A stretch of 64,000 nt of DNA, taken from NCBI GenBank assembly GCA_015233405.1, contig JADFXT010000003.1, positions 118,591 through 182,590 on the forward strand, in the 5' to 3' direction. This DNA comes from Candidatus Omnitrophota bacterium (lineage in GTDB: Bacteria > Omnitrophota > Gorgyraeia > Zapsychrales > Zapsychraceae). Position numbers and translations under genes: made by a program. The notes under the pieces were generated by a model, which was given only the letters and a program-made list of their open reading frames with translations, ran no database searches and had not been told where the DNA came from. This document shows positions 1 to 9,956 of the stretch, one piece after another (within the stretch, counting starts at the first letter, position 1; every line of letters begins with the position of its first letter).

Positions 1-405
1 GAAGGAAGAAAATATAAAAAAGAAAAGCCACTGAACTTGCGTTGTTAGCTGGGTTGGGATATGAAAGACGTGCGGAGAAAAATATGCGAAAAGGCTAAGA
101 AGCGGCAGAAGGACAATGCACCCGACGCTGATCGTCCAAAACGCGGTATTAAAAAATTTGTTGGCATTGTCTATATCTCCACGCTGAAAATCAATGGTAA
201 AAAACCGCGCTGTCGCGGCATTGAGGCCAAAATTGATCAACCCGACATAAGCTGTAACGGTTGCCGCAAGCGGAATAAACCCATAAGCCTCCGCGCCTAA
301 ATGCCTTATAAAATATGGCACCATGAATATGCCGATAACGACGTTCATGACAAAAGAAATAATATTGGCGGCTAAATTCAATGGAAATTGTTTATGAAGG
401 TCCAT
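1..405 (-). CDS. Polysaccharide flippase (Wzx/PST-like), N-terminal 135 codons; the rest lies beyond the window start
   Basis: Absent from the ORF track because no stop falls in the window. My own translation from the ATG at 405-403 gives MDLHKQFPLNLAANIISFVMNVVIGIFMVPYFIRHLGAEAYGFIPLAATVTAYVGLINFGLNAATARFF... and stays open to position 1. A GGGAG SD-like motif lies just upstream. The hydrophobic helices and N-terminal motif layout are typical of Wzx-type flippases, and the gene sits in a polysaccharide locus. Confidence 0.6.
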   Translation of the reverse strand, partial: MDLHKQFPLNLAANIISFVMNVVIGIFMVPYFIRHLGAEAYGFIPLAATVTAYVGLINFGLNAATARFFTIDFQRGDIDNANKFFNTAFWTISVGCIVLLPLLSLFAYFSPHVFHIPTQLTTQVQWLFFFIFSSF

Positions 406-479
406 CTTCTCCCTTACCTTCTAAAATTTTTGTCCTAACTCTCCGCCGTCAAAGGCATCAGCCATCCCAATAATTTTTT

Positions 480-1448
480 TTACAATTTCACCTTCGTCAG
501 CCATTGTTTATTGTCTAAATACCACTTCACCGTTCGCTTCAATCCTTCTTCGAGGCTGACCTTCGGCTGCCAGCTCAATAAACGTTTGGCTTTGGTAACA
601 TCCGCCCAGGTGGCTTTTAAATCCGTTTTATGAAATGCCTTCTGATTGCGCCTAGCCTTCTTCCCGAGATTCTTTTCCAAAAACGCAATCATGTCATTAA
701 GATCATACGGATGATTCCCGCCCAAATTAATGATTTCAAATCCCACTTTCTTTAAAGCCTTAATTGTCCCGTCGGCGATATCATCTACATACGTAAAGTC
801 CCGGCTTTGCGTCCCGTCGCCAAAAAGTTCCAAAGGTTTTCCTTCATCAATCCATTTGATAAAACGAAAGACGCTCATATCCGGCCGGCCCGCCGGGCCA
901 TAGACGGTAAAATACCGCACAATGGTCACGTCGATATCATAAAGATAATGATAGGTATACGCCATCACCTCTGCGGCTTTTTTACTGGCCGCATACGGCG
1001 AAATAGGCGTATTGACCGGTAAGCTTTCCGTAAAAGGCATTTTTTGTCCCGCATATAAAGACGACGTCGACGCCAAAACAAACTTCTTAACTTTATAATT
1101 TCTGCACATCTCTAAAAGATTTAATGTCCCGTTGCCGTTGGTGGTCATATAGACAAACGGATTTTCCATGCTGTAACGCACCCCGGCGCGCGCCGCTAAA
1201 TTTAGAACAGCATCAAAATGATATTTCTGAAAAATACGCTTTAAAGAAGAAACGTCCTCGATGTCGCATTTATAGAACGTGAAATTCTTATATTGCTTGA
1301 GGATCTTTAGACGATATTCTTTTAAAGTCACGTCGTAATAATCGTTCATGTTGTCGATGCCGATAACACGTGCACCTTTTTTTAAGAGCATCTCTCCCGT
1401 GCGGGCAGCAATAAATCCGGCCGCGCCGGTCAACAGAATCGTCCTCAT
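480..1448 (-). CDS. NAD-dependent sugar epimerase, UDP-glucuronate 4-epimerase-like (extended SDR)
   Basis: Rossmann motif LLTGAAGFIAAR and a YAASK catalytic Tyr/Lys. I prefer the start at MRTILLTG (ATG 1448): it has a GGAGAGGA SD and forms an ATGA overlap with the galE stop. The ORF-track start at 1463 adds 5 aa. Confidence 0.75.
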   Translation of the reverse strand: MRTILLTGAAGFIAARTGEMLLKKGARVIGIDNMNDYYDVTLKEYRLKILKQYKNFTFYKCDIEDVSSLKRIFQKYHFDAVLNLAARAGVRYSMENPFVYMTTNGNGTLNLLEMCRNYKVKKFVLASTSSLYAGQKMPFTESLPVNTPISPYAASKKAAEVMAYTYHYLYDIDVTIVRYFTVYGPAGRPDMSVFRFIKWIDEGKPLELFGDGTQSRDFTYVDDIADGTIKALKKVGFEIINLGGNHPYDLNDMIAFLEKNLGKKARRNQKAFHKTDLKATWADVTKAKRLLSWQPKVSLEEGLKRTVKWYLDNKQWLTKVKL

Positions 1449-2422
1449 AATTTCCTCTCCCACTCGCTTTTCAGGATCGCCTCTAAATCATACTGCGGCT
1501 TCCAGCCCAAAACCTTTTTTGCCTTAGCTGAGGAAGCAATGACGGTCGTGGCATCTCCTGGTCGACGGGAACCTATTTGATACGGGACGGGCTTGCCCGC
1601 CACATCTGCTGCGGTCTTAATAACGTCCATTACAGAAAACCCCTTGCTTGTGCCTAAATTAAACACTTCATTTTTTATGCCTTTATCGAGAGCCTTGAGT
1701 GCCAATAAATGAGCCTGAACAAGGTCCCGGACATCAATAAAATCACGAATCCCTGTTCCGTCGGGCGTATTATAATCGTTACCGCAAACAATCAGTTTTC
1801 CTTGACCATGCAGAGCGCGCATCGCGCATGAAATCAAATGTGTTGGGACTGGACGGCCTTTGATCGGCCAATAACGCCGCGTGTCCCATCCCGCCACGTT
1901 AAAATATCTTAAGACAATAAAATCAATCAACCCAGCTTTGGCACAATCCCGAAGGATTTGTTCTACCATGGCCTTCGATTCGCCATAAGGGCTTAAAGGC
2001 GCAATTGGGGCTGTTTCCATAACAGGCACTTTTTTAGGATTTCCATACACAGCTGCCGTCGAGGAAAAGACAAATTGCCTGACGCGATGCTCTACCATGG
2101 CCTTAAGAAGATTGGATGCCCCACCGACATTATTGGCATAATAGACATGTGGCATTGTTACAGATTCAGGGACAACAAGTTTGGCCGCAAAATTCATTAC
2201 AGCGCTTATCGGAAATTTCTTAAAAACTTTCCGGCAATCCTCAAGAGAGCACAAATCGCCTTGCATAAATTCTGCGCATTTAGGGACCCACGCCCTTACA
2301 CCCGTCGTTAGATTATCCAAGACAACAACACGGTAACCATTTTCCAAAAGAAGCCCCGCCATATGGCCCCCAATGTACCCTGCCCCGCCGGTGACAAGGA
2401 TATATTTCGTTTTCTTAGACAT
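1445..2422 (-). CDS. galE: UDP-glucose 4-epimerase
   Basis: VTGGAGYIGGH Rossmann motif, YGESK catalytic motif, 325 aa, collinear with GalE. Confidence 0.85.
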   Translation of the reverse strand: MSKKTKYILVTGGAGYIGGHMAGLLLENGYRVVVLDNLTTGVRAWVPKCAEFMQGDLCSLEDCRKVFKKFPISAVMNFAAKLVVPESVTMPHVYYANNVGGASNLLKAMVEHRVRQFVFSSTAAVYGNPKKVPVMETAPIAPLSPYGESKAMVEQILRDCAKAGLIDFIVLRYFNVAGWDTRRYWPIKGRPVPTHLISCAMRALHGQGKLIVCGNDYNTPDGTGIRDFIDVRDLVQAHLLALKALDKGIKNEVFNLGTSKGFSVMDVIKTAADVAGKPVPYQIGSRRPGDATTVIASSAKAKKVLGWKPQYDLEAILKSEWERKL

Positions 2423-2435
2423 GCTTAAAAACCTC

Positions 2436-2858
2436 CTATCGGTCCAGAGTGTAAATAACCGGAGCAGGAATTAGCCTCTTAAACTGCTCACAAATTGATT
2501 GATATTCTTTGCTATAAGGTTTTAACCGGGAGGCTTTACAAACTTCTTTGACCGCTTCCTGGTCGCTGATTCGCGTCCTTAACGTGCGATTCATAAGTGC
2601 TAAACCATAATACATCGGATATGCGGGCTTGGTCGGCTCAATCATCATGGCTTCCAGCAAAGCAGCTTCATGGCCTGTCAAACGATACTCCTCATAGAAA
2701 TATTCAGACACAAAAGGATTCAAATGCTGGGCTAGCTTTAAAAGCTTGAGGTCCTTTGTCACCACAGCTTTCTCAAAAACAATCTGGGCGCTTCCCCAAA
2801 AAAGAAGAAAAGTCAGATAAATCATAGTAACAAAAAAGATGATCTTTCGCATATACAT
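2436..2858 (-). CDS. Hypothetical membrane-anchored protein (helical, possibly TPR-like)
   Basis: One N-terminal TM segment (IIFFVTMIYLTFLLFWG). Placed 3 nt downstream of the O-antigen-ligase-like gene. No family recognised. Confidence 0.5.
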   Translation of the reverse strand: MYMRKIIFFVTMIYLTFLLFWGSAQIVFEKAVVTKDLKLLKLAQHLNPFVSEYFYEEYRLTGHEAALLEAMMIEPTKPAYPMYYGLALMNRTLRTRISDQEAVKEVCKASRLKPYSKEYQSICEQFKRLIPAPVIYTLDR

Positions 2859-2860
2859 TT

Positions 2861-4297
2861 CTATTCCAATTTTCTAATGACCCGGACGGCATAAAAGAGA
2901 AACAATCCCAAGAAACAGATAAGAAAAATTACGCCGGCCACGCCTGTTTCCGAAACAAGTTGTAAATAATCGTTGTGGGTGTAACGCAAATAATCGTCGG
3001 TATAATCAAATGTGCGGTATCGCGTGAAATTTGTGCCAAAGGTATTAAGCCCGGTCCCGAACATGGGAAAATCTTTAATAACATGAAGTGTCTGCTGATA
3101 AAATAAAAGCCGAACCCCTATGGGCCCTTCCATCTTAATAATGTTCTCGACGAACAATAAATGAAATTTTTCCAAAAAGACCTCCGGTCCCAGCCACATG
3201 ACCATGACCGTTATTAAAAGGACCATTGTCACGATGGCAGCCGCCAATCTGCCACCTTTACGCGCTCGCCATGCTGCCCAGACCACAATAAAAAAGAAAA
3301 CGAGCTGGCTTAGAACAAAACTCATGATGCCGCCGCGAGAGCTCGAGAGAAAGATCGTCGACACCATCACGGTTGCCATGAATAAATAACGGAGAGTATT
3401 GTTCGCCTCTCTCGTCGAGAACCAGACCACTTTTTTCACTAAGCCCTTTTGATGGAAAAAGGACGTATGAAAAATACTGGCCACAACCATGCTGACCGCA
3501 ACCGCCGCGCACAACTCCATGAACCCGGCATAATGATCATAATTGTAATAAGGCCCGACGGGATCAAGGGCTTTTATCCCGACCCAATAAATCCGGCCGT
3601 TAAAACTGAACTTCTGTGCGATAGCAAAAACAGCGATAAGGAACCCGAAGGTAATAATAAAACTCACGGCCCGGCGGAAAAAAGCATGGTCATAACTTTC
3701 TCTTGATGCCCCAACAGCCAAAGCCAACAAAACCACAAAATAAATCCCGTTAGCCGTAATATGCAGATTGAAGTCATAAATACTGTGAAAAAGAAGGGAT
3801 AAGATTCCGATCAAGCATCCCAATTTCAAATATTGAGATTTTCGAAAACTCACCGGATGGACTGGCTCTGCCTCTTTTTCTTTTAGGGTCAAGCGCATCA
3901 AAACGCTTAAAAACATCAAAGCGTATGTCATAAACTGCATAAGCCCACGCTGTGTATCCGACGGATATAAAGAAAGTGTCTTCGCCTGGATAGAACCGAT
4001 TCCGCCGGGAAAATATTGGGCATAAAATTGATACGTTGACGGAGAAATAGCTTTAAGAAGCGTTACCGGGAGCGGGGCCAATTGAAATAAGATAAAAACA
4101 AGCATCCCCAGCCCCAGCCAAGCAAAAGGAGAACGAAGCTCCTTCGACAAGGCTTCCGGCCTTGAAAAATAAACGGAATTAAAAATAATCACGGAGAGAA
4201 CTGCGAGAAAAATCTGGGAAGAAAAACTGACCGCCCCATACAACAAAGGAGCTGTCACAAGGCTCAAAAACAGAAGGACGTCGGACATGGGCATCAA
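2861..4297 (-). CDS. O-antigen ligase / polymerase family membrane protein (Wzy_C-type)
   Basis: About 10-12 predicted TM helices. C-terminal signature THNDYLQLVSETGVAGVIFL is typical of the O-antigen ligase family. Confidence 0.75.
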   Translation of the reverse strand: MMPMSDVLLFLSLVTAPLLYGAVSFSSQIFLAVLSVIIFNSVYFSRPEALSKELRSPFAWLGLGMLVFILFQLAPLPVTLLKAISPSTYQFYAQYFPGGIGSIQAKTLSLYPSDTQRGLMQFMTYALMFLSVLMRLTLKEKEAEPVHPVSFRKSQYLKLGCLIGILSLLFHSIYDFNLHITANGIYFVVLLALAVGASRESYDHAFFRRAVSFIITFGFLIAVFAIAQKFSFNGRIYWVGIKALDPVGPYYNYDHYAGFMELCAAVAVSMVVASIFHTSFFHQKGLVKKVVWFSTREANNTLRYLFMATVMVSTIFLSSSRGGIMSFVLSQLVFFFIVVWAAWRARKGGRLAAAIVTMVLLITVMVMWLGPEVFLEKFHLLFVENIIKMEGPIGVRLLFYQQTLHVIKDFPMFGTGLNTFGTNFTRYRTFDYTDDYLRYTHNDYLQLVSETGVAGVIFLICFLGLFLFYAVRVIRKLE

Positions 4298-6025
4298 TTA
4301 AGATTTCCTAGACCCGGCAGAGAGCTTGTCAATTATACTTCTTCTTTTTGTCAGATCTTTGGTTTTCTTGGCGGAATCTTTCTGACTATATGGATAATAA
4401 TAACAATAATACGCGCTACTCCGGTCATTAGGATTCACCATATTTAAAACCGCTCCCAAAAGACGTGCATTAACCGCCTTTAAAGAATGAATACTTCGTA
4501 AGGCCGCCTGACACTGCGTGAATCCGGCCTTGACTACCAAAATTGTTGAGTCAACCTTCGCGGATAAAACAACGGCATCCGTCGCAGCCAGGATCGGCGG
4601 CGCGTCAAAAATAACGCGATCATACATCGAAGCAAGCTTGGCGATAAATTCTTCCATTTTTTTAGAACCCAAAAGTTCTGAAGGATTCGGCGGAATTTCC
4701 CCACACGTCAACAGATCAAGGCCCGGAATACTTGTCTTACGGATAAAAGACTGTAAGTCCCCCTTCCCCAAAGCGAGAAAGTCGGTCACTCCATGGGCTC
4801 GCTCCACTTGAAATACCTCATGAAGCCGAGGATTACGTAAGTCCGCATCGACAAGAATCGTTCTTTCATCTCCCTGGACAAAAACAGCCGCCAGATTGAC
4901 AGCAACCGTGGTCTTTCCTTCCGACGGAGATGAACTCGTGACCACAAAAGTTTTTTTGGGCAGATCAGGATTACTAAAAATAATCCCTGTCCTTAAACTG
5001 CGGAAAGCTTCCGCCGCTAACACATTGCCGGAACGCTCGGCAAAATACGCGGTTGTAATATCCGGATGCCTTTCTTCATATTGAAAAACAGGAATAGCCA
5101 CCGGGCAGAAAATTTTAAGCTTTTGTTCTATCTCGACGGACGATTTGACTGTCTGATCCAGCGACTCAAATAAAAAGACCAATGCGCCTCCGGTAAAGAA
5201 ACCAAAAATCAGGCCTAAGAGAAGATTTAAAGTTTTCCTGGGCCGCACTGGCTTTAAAGGAACCTGCCCTTGGTCTAGAATCTTGACATTCGTAATGTCC
5301 TTGTTGTTAGCAGATACGACAGATTGCATCGGGCTATCGGCTTGGCTTAAACGCGCACGCTCATTATTAATCTTCTCATTAATAGCTTCAATCTCATTCT
5401 TTAACCCTAAAATAACCGGATGCTTTTCTTTCAGATATTTTAATTGCTGGGTCATATCCGCCTCAAGTTCACTTCTGTGCTGAACAAGCTGGTCCACGGA
5501 AGAAAAAAGCATATAAGCCCTGACCCAACTGTTGGCGATACGCGCCGCCAATTGAGGGTCCTGGTCTTCGACATCAACTTCAATGACCTGCGTCATCCGC
5601 ACAGGAGAGATCTTCACATGCCTTAACAGATCTTCCAGGCGTTCTTCCTGCGAAATGGCTTTTAGCTTATCGGCGGGTTTCCCTCGACGTCCCCAAGGCT
5701 CATAATCCCCTAAATCCTCAAAAACCATCCCGGCAAGCTTATGACTTTTTAAGATCTCAATTTGGGAATTAAAAAAATTCGTCGTGTCCGTATAATCCGG
5801 CAGGACAACATCTTCGACCTTGACAATTTTAGGGGGTTTTCCTTCGACGAGAATACGGCTTGTGGATTTATAGACAGGCTTGGATGTGAACGAATAAATA
5901 AGCGCCATGACCACACAAATCACCACTGTTGAAATGACCGTTTGCCGATGCTTAAAAAGCTTATTTAAAATTTCCTGTAAATTAATTTCAATGACATCGG
6001 ACGATTCTGAATTCGTTTCCGGCAT
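4298..6025 (-). CDS. Polysaccharide co-polymerase / BY-tyrosine kinase (Wzc/EpsB-like)
   Basis: Wzz-type N-terminal TM plus coiled coil. Walker A SSSPSEGKTTVAVNLA, DADLRNP motif, and a C-terminal Tyr cluster AYYCYYYPY. I prefer the start at MPETNSE (ATG 6025) because of its AGGAGA SD. Confidence 0.85.
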   Translation of the reverse strand: MPETNSESSDVIEINLQEILNKLFKHRQTVISTVVICVVMALIYSFTSKPVYKSTSRILVEGKPPKIVKVEDVVLPDYTDTTNFFNSQIEILKSHKLAGMVFEDLGDYEPWGRRGKPADKLKAISQEERLEDLLRHVKISPVRMTQVIEVDVEDQDPQLAARIANSWVRAYMLFSSVDQLVQHRSELEADMTQQLKYLKEKHPVILGLKNEIEAINEKINNERARLSQADSPMQSVVSANNKDITNVKILDQGQVPLKPVRPRKTLNLLLGLIFGFFTGGALVFLFESLDQTVKSSVEIEQKLKIFCPVAIPVFQYEERHPDITTAYFAERSGNVLAAEAFRSLRTGIIFSNPDLPKKTFVVTSSSPSEGKTTVAVNLAAVFVQGDERTILVDADLRNPRLHEVFQVERAHGVTDFLALGKGDLQSFIRKTSIPGLDLLTCGEIPPNPSELLGSKKMEEFIAKLASMYDRVIFDAPPILAATDAVVLSAKVDSTILVVKAGFTQCQAALRSIHSLKAVNARLLGAVLNMVNPNDRSSAYYCYYYPYSQKDSAKKTKDLTKRRSIIDKLSAGSRKS

Positions 6026-6035
6026 AATTTTTCTC

Positions 6036-6728
6036 CTAAAACAAACTTTCGGGAACAATGACTACGTCCCCAGAATGTAAGACCACATTATCTTTATCGC
6101 CACCTTCTTTATTCATAAGGTCATAAACCCTGACAATGATTTCTTCTTGTGTGCCGTCGGCATTATGACGAATCACTTTCACTTTATTAGGGGATGCGAT
6201 TTTCGTAAACCCTTGGGCAAGAGAAATAAGTTCAACCACCGTGAGCTGTCCTTTGATGGGATACGCCCCCGGCTTCGTAACTTCTCCCATAATAGAAACC
6301 GTGCTATATTCCTCAATAAAAACCGTTACCTGAGGATTCACAAGATAATCTTTCTCAAGAAGAGATGCCAATTTATCCTGAAGTTCGGTCACGGTCAGTC
6401 CAGTCGTATCAACTTCTCCAACTAACGGGAAATTAATAATCCCTCGAGAAGATACACGGACTTTTTGAGAAATTTTTTCATTCTTGCCATAATAGACGTC
6501 GATCTGAAGTGCATTCTCCGGGCCGATCACATATTCTGAAGAATTTATAACTTCCTTTGTTCTTCCTAAACGACCTGCATTGGCGGGAAGCGAAGGCAGA
6601 GGATTTCTTACAACCGCAGAAGATCCGGGAACATCCTGGGCTTGGACTAAGGCATTGATGTCGACAGAGAATATCGCAAGAAAAACAATGCCTATCAAAA
6701 ACAGGCGCGTCGTTTTCATGTTCTTCAT
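6036..6728 (-). CDS. Short outer-membrane polysaccharide export (OPX, Wza-like) protein
   Basis: Signal peptide, Poly_export-type motif (YVIGPENALQIDVY...INFPLVGEV) and one SLBB-like domain. At 230 aa it ends without the C-terminal amphipathic helix domain seen in E. coli Wza. Confidence 0.8.
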   Translation of the reverse strand: MKNMKTTRLFLIGIVFLAIFSVDINALVQAQDVPGSSAVVRNPLPSLPANAGRLGRTKEVINSSEYVIGPENALQIDVYYGKNEKISQKVRVSSRGIINFPLVGEVDTTGLTVTELQDKLASLLEKDYLVNPQVTVFIEEYSTVSIMGEVTKPGAYPIKGQLTVVELISLAQGFTKIASPNKVKVIRHNADGTQEEIIVRVYDLMNKEGGDKDNVVLHSGDVVIVPESLF

Positions 6729-6741
6729 AATTTACTTCTTT

Positions 6742-7962
6742 TTAGAGTAGGAGGTCAAACCGCAGAAAGACAAGATTCCGGTTATAATCCAAATTATCGA
6801 TATTGGAAATATCTTCTTTATATTCGTACCCAAGACTCGCCTTGCCCAAGTCTTTAATCTTATACTGTAAGGTAAGCCCTTCAGTTAAAATGGTGTCGTG
6901 GCGTCGGACATCGAGTGTAGGGTCGAATTCCGGATAGCGATTTCTATCATATTGCGATGCAAGCAAAACGCTATAATTTCCCATAAGCTTTTGCTCTAAC
7001 TCTGCTCTAAACTCATTAGCGTTATAATAGTTATTATTGGCATACGTTGATTCGACAGCCGTGTTTATATATTTTAGCGTCAAATTTGTTCTGTCAGAAA
7101 ACTTGGTAATGGTTCCTGCTTCAGAAACAAATCCGCTAAACCCACTACGGCCCATGACATCATAGTCTCTGGACTGAAAACCAACTTTAACAATCCCGAC
7201 GGTCTTTCCGGTAATATTTCCCTTTAAACCAGTCATCACCTGATTAAAGTTCCCGTCACGGGTTTGATCTTTGATATACCGTATAACACCTCGGTCATAC
7301 TCAAGGAGCGCTTTTGTTTTAGGAAGCATCTGATAAAAAGCGGTGGTGCTAAAAATATGCTCCGTATAATCAAACGGCTGAAACTGTTCATCAACATAAT
7401 TTTCATTGAAGTTCGTATACCCTATTTCATAAGTCAGCTTATTCATCTCAACGCCTAAAGTTGTCTGCGCCGTATTTTGTTTGCGGTGAACCTGTGTAGT
7501 AAACTCTGTCTGGGCGCGGTCAACGGTATCCAAATAATCATCCTGGACGTTAAAATATCCGAACGGCAGGCGCAAATTCAAATTGCCCGCCAAGTCCTGG
7601 TTCACATAATTCTGGCCTCTTTCATCGGAGTATGACCCGACGTCCGCCCCATACATCAATTGAGCAAGGTGGCGTTCATCAATTCCAAAAGGCAAATCCA
7701 ACAAGAATTTGGGGCTTAAGATGTTAAGATAATCCCCTTTTTTATCGTTGGAAGTAAGAAAGATATTCGAATCATAACGCTCTTCAACCGAGACGCCAGC
7801 CTTTAAGCTTGCTTTCCCGATACGAACACCTTTCATTTCTTTAAATTCATTTTGCCCAATACGGCGAATGCCGGCTTCTTCTTCAGTGAGCTGAGCAAAA
7901 GCGCCCTGAACTGAAAATAATCCAAAAACAAACACAAATAATATAATTTTATGTATCTTCAT
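6742..7962 (-). CDS. Outer-membrane beta-barrel protein of the EPS locus (BBP2/EpsL-like)
   Basis: Signal peptide ending AFAQ. Alternating beta-strand pattern rich in Y/N/D/G throughout. Sits directly upstream of the OPX gene. Confidence 0.6.
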   Translation of the reverse strand: MKIHKIILFVFVFGLFSVQGAFAQLTEEEAGIRRIGQNEFKEMKGVRIGKASLKAGVSVEERYDSNIFLTSNDKKGDYLNILSPKFLLDLPFGIDERHLAQLMYGADVGSYSDERGQNYVNQDLAGNLNLRLPFGYFNVQDDYLDTVDRAQTEFTTQVHRKQNTAQTTLGVEMNKLTYEIGYTNFNENYVDEQFQPFDYTEHIFSTTAFYQMLPKTKALLEYDRGVIRYIKDQTRDGNFNQVMTGLKGNITGKTVGIVKVGFQSRDYDVMGRSGFSGFVSEAGTITKFSDRTNLTLKYINTAVESTYANNNYYNANEFRAELEQKLMGNYSVLLASQYDRNRYPEFDPTLDVRRHDTILTEGLTLQYKIKDLGKASLGYEYKEDISNIDNLDYNRNLVFLRFDLLL

Positions 7963-8007
7963 ACTCCCCCTTTTTTCTAATAAAAACTTTTAAGAGCTAA
8001 AAAGATT

Positions 8008-8514
8008 CTATTGTACAGGACTAATATCAGGTTCCGGATCTGGTTTCGGATTAAGCGTGAAATCAGGTCGTGTCGGTGGGGTATAAGGTTCCGCACATCC
8101 ACCCACTCTAGTTTGGTCACCAGGCTTTAAAGTAAGGATATTACCATTTAAAGTTGTAATTTTCACATCACCTTGATCCACTTTGATAAGCGCTGAACAA
8201 GAACTCTCTACTTTCACATTAGCCGTGTTACCCGCAATTAAAGGAATAACTGTCTGCCCGCTCTGGTCGCCCACAATAACGTCGACGGTGGAATTATCTG
8301 TTGTAGCAACTTTCACTGCACCGTTAACGACTTCGATCTTGGCCCCTTGAGGAATTTCAGGTAACGGTTGGTCAACATTCACAATAACCGCAGTTCCATC
8401 CGGCATATCGATCTTGATCGTTCCTGTGCGCTCGACGACATTGATAGCCGCGAACACGCCAGCCTGTAATCCTGCCACCAGCAAACACGTTAAAATTAGG
8501 ATTCTTTTTTTCAT
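8008..8514 (-). CDS. Secreted hypothetical protein with Pro-rich C-terminus
   Basis: I prefer the start at MKKRILILTCLLVAGLQAGVFA (ATG 8514), which has an AAAGGAGA SD. Clear signal peptide, beta-rich repeats (VKV/IKV), and tail PYTPPTRPDFTLNPKPDPEPD. Confidence 0.55.
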   Translation of the reverse strand: MKKRILILTCLLVAGLQAGVFAAINVVERTGTIKIDMPDGTAVIVNVDQPLPEIPQGAKIEVVNGAVKVATTDNSTVDVIVGDQSGQTVIPLIAGNTANVKVESSCSALIKVDQGDVKITTLNGNILTLKPGDQTRVGGCAEPYTPPTRPDFTLNPKPDPEPDISPVQ

Positions 8515-8559
8515 ATGTTCTCCTTTTGTTTTTATATTCATTTTATTACGAATGCGGAA

Positions 8560-8588
8560 ATTATAACATCCTTTCTAAAGAAAAGCAA
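8560..8588 (-). promoter_or_regulatory. Sigma70-type promoter for the 8008-8514 gene
   Basis: The minus strand reads TTGCTT-N17-TATAAT, with TGT immediately 5' of the -10 (extended -10 like), in an AT-rich 145-bp spacer. Confidence 0.45.
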
Positions 8589-8686
8589 AAAATTTATTAA
8601 CACTAATATAATATATAATTTTTTAAAATACTATATATCTATTTCTTTAGAATGGTCTAATTCCACTTTTTATTGACTTTTTTCTA

Positions 8687-9619
8687 CTAAAACTGAAATC
8701 CTGGCTGAAGCTTGTGTCCAACCGTAAAACTATGTGCATCCATAGGATTAGCGTTCTCAAGATGAACGCTCTTAATAAGAATCGCTTCCTTTGCGGTCTG
8801 AACAAGGATTCCGTTCTTTGAAATTTCGAGGACTTCGCCAGGTTTATGATTAGGGTTTAAAGCGGGGATAACTTCGGAAGTTAAAATCTTAAACAGCTTC
8901 TCTTGATAATAGGTATAGGCGCATGGCCAAGGCTGAAGCCCACGGACCTTATTATGAATGTCGACAGCGGAACTATTCCAGTCTATCTTGCCAAATTCCT
9001 TGGTGAGCTTCGGCGCCTTAGTCGCTTTGGTAGCATCCTGGGTCGTTAAGCGGACCATGCCATCATCAATGGCCTTTAAAGTTTCTTTAAGCTGCTCATT
9101 TCCTAAATCGATAAGTTTTTCTCGAAGGGTCACGGCATTATCTTCTGGATCAATGGGCATTGCTTTCTGTTTAATGATATCGCCGGCATCCAAAGAAATA
9201 TTTAGCCGAATGACTGTGACACCGGTCTGGGTTTCACCATTGATGAGCGCCCAGTTAATAGGAGCCGCGCCACGATATTTCGGTAATAGCGACGGATGGA
9301 CATTAAACGCGCCAAAATAAGGAAGTTCCAGAATTTCTTTGGGAAGAAGCTGGCCGTAAGAAACCACAATAAAAACATCCGGCTTAAAGGCCTTAAGCTC
9401 AGCAATAATCTCTTTATTTTCTTTTAAGGAAGCCGGCTGGAGAACTGCGATATGATGCGCTAGAGCAAGCTCTTTAATCGGCGAGACGACCATTTTTAAG
9501 CCACGGTCCTTAGGGCGGTCCGGCTGGGTCACGCAGGCAACAACTTTATGCCCGCCATCAAACAAACTCTTTAAGTGAGCTTCTGCAAAATCGTCGCTGC
9601 CAAAAAAAATAATGTTCAT
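8687..9619 (-). CDS. fmt: Methionyl-tRNA formyltransferase
   Basis: MNIIFFGSDDFA N-terminus, HPSLLPKYRGAAPI signature, C-terminal Fmt domain. The ORF-track start at 9634 adds 5 aa. Confidence 0.9.
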   Translation of the reverse strand: MNIIFFGSDDFAEAHLKSLFDGGHKVVACVTQPDRPKDRGLKMVVSPIKELALAHHIAVLQPASLKENKEIIAELKAFKPDVFIVVSYGQLLPKEILELPYFGAFNVHPSLLPKYRGAAPINWALINGETQTGVTVIRLNISLDAGDIIKQKAMPIDPEDNAVTLREKLIDLGNEQLKETLKAIDDGMVRLTTQDATKATKAPKLTKEFGKIDWNSSAVDIHNKVRGLQPWPCAYTYYQEKLFKILTSEVIPALNPNHKPGEVLEISKNGILVQTAKEAILIKSVHLENANPMDAHSFTVGHKLQPGFQF

Positions 9620-9674
9620 CTTAAAAGACTCCATGAAAAAAGGGCTGTTATTCTTTTCTTAACAGGCTCAATTT

Positions 9675-9956
9675 TTATTCATATTGACAAAGATATGCAG
9701 TATCTTGCGCGACTTTTACCTTAAACTTTGATTGTGCGGAAATTTCAAACGATGAACCCGCGCCATAATCTTCCCATTCGTCATATTCAGGCAAATACAC
9801 CGTCAATTCTCCATCGACAACCGTCATTATTTCTTTGGTCTCGGTATTAAATTCATACTCGCCCGGTTCCATGACCCCGACAGTTTTTTTAATCCCGCCC
9901 GAATTAATAACAAACGATTTCACTTTTCCATCAAAATACTCATTCACTTGAACCAT
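9675..9956 (-). CDS. ppnP: Pyrimidine/purine nucleoside phosphorylase PpnP (DUF1255)
   Basis: 93 aa, collinear with E. coli PpnP (NEYFDGKVKS...GVMEPGEYEF...YLCQY). Confidence 0.85.
   Translation of the reverse strand: MVQVNEYFDGKVKSFVINSGGIKKTVGVMEPGEYEFNTETKEIMTVVDGELTVYLPEYDEWEDYGAGSSFEISAQSKFKVKVAQDTAYLCQYE

Noticed and set aside
61-300. Plus-strand 79-aa ORF from the track
   Set aside because: It is antisense to a better-supported minus-strand flippase reading frame. Its composition is basic and low-complexity, and it has no SD.
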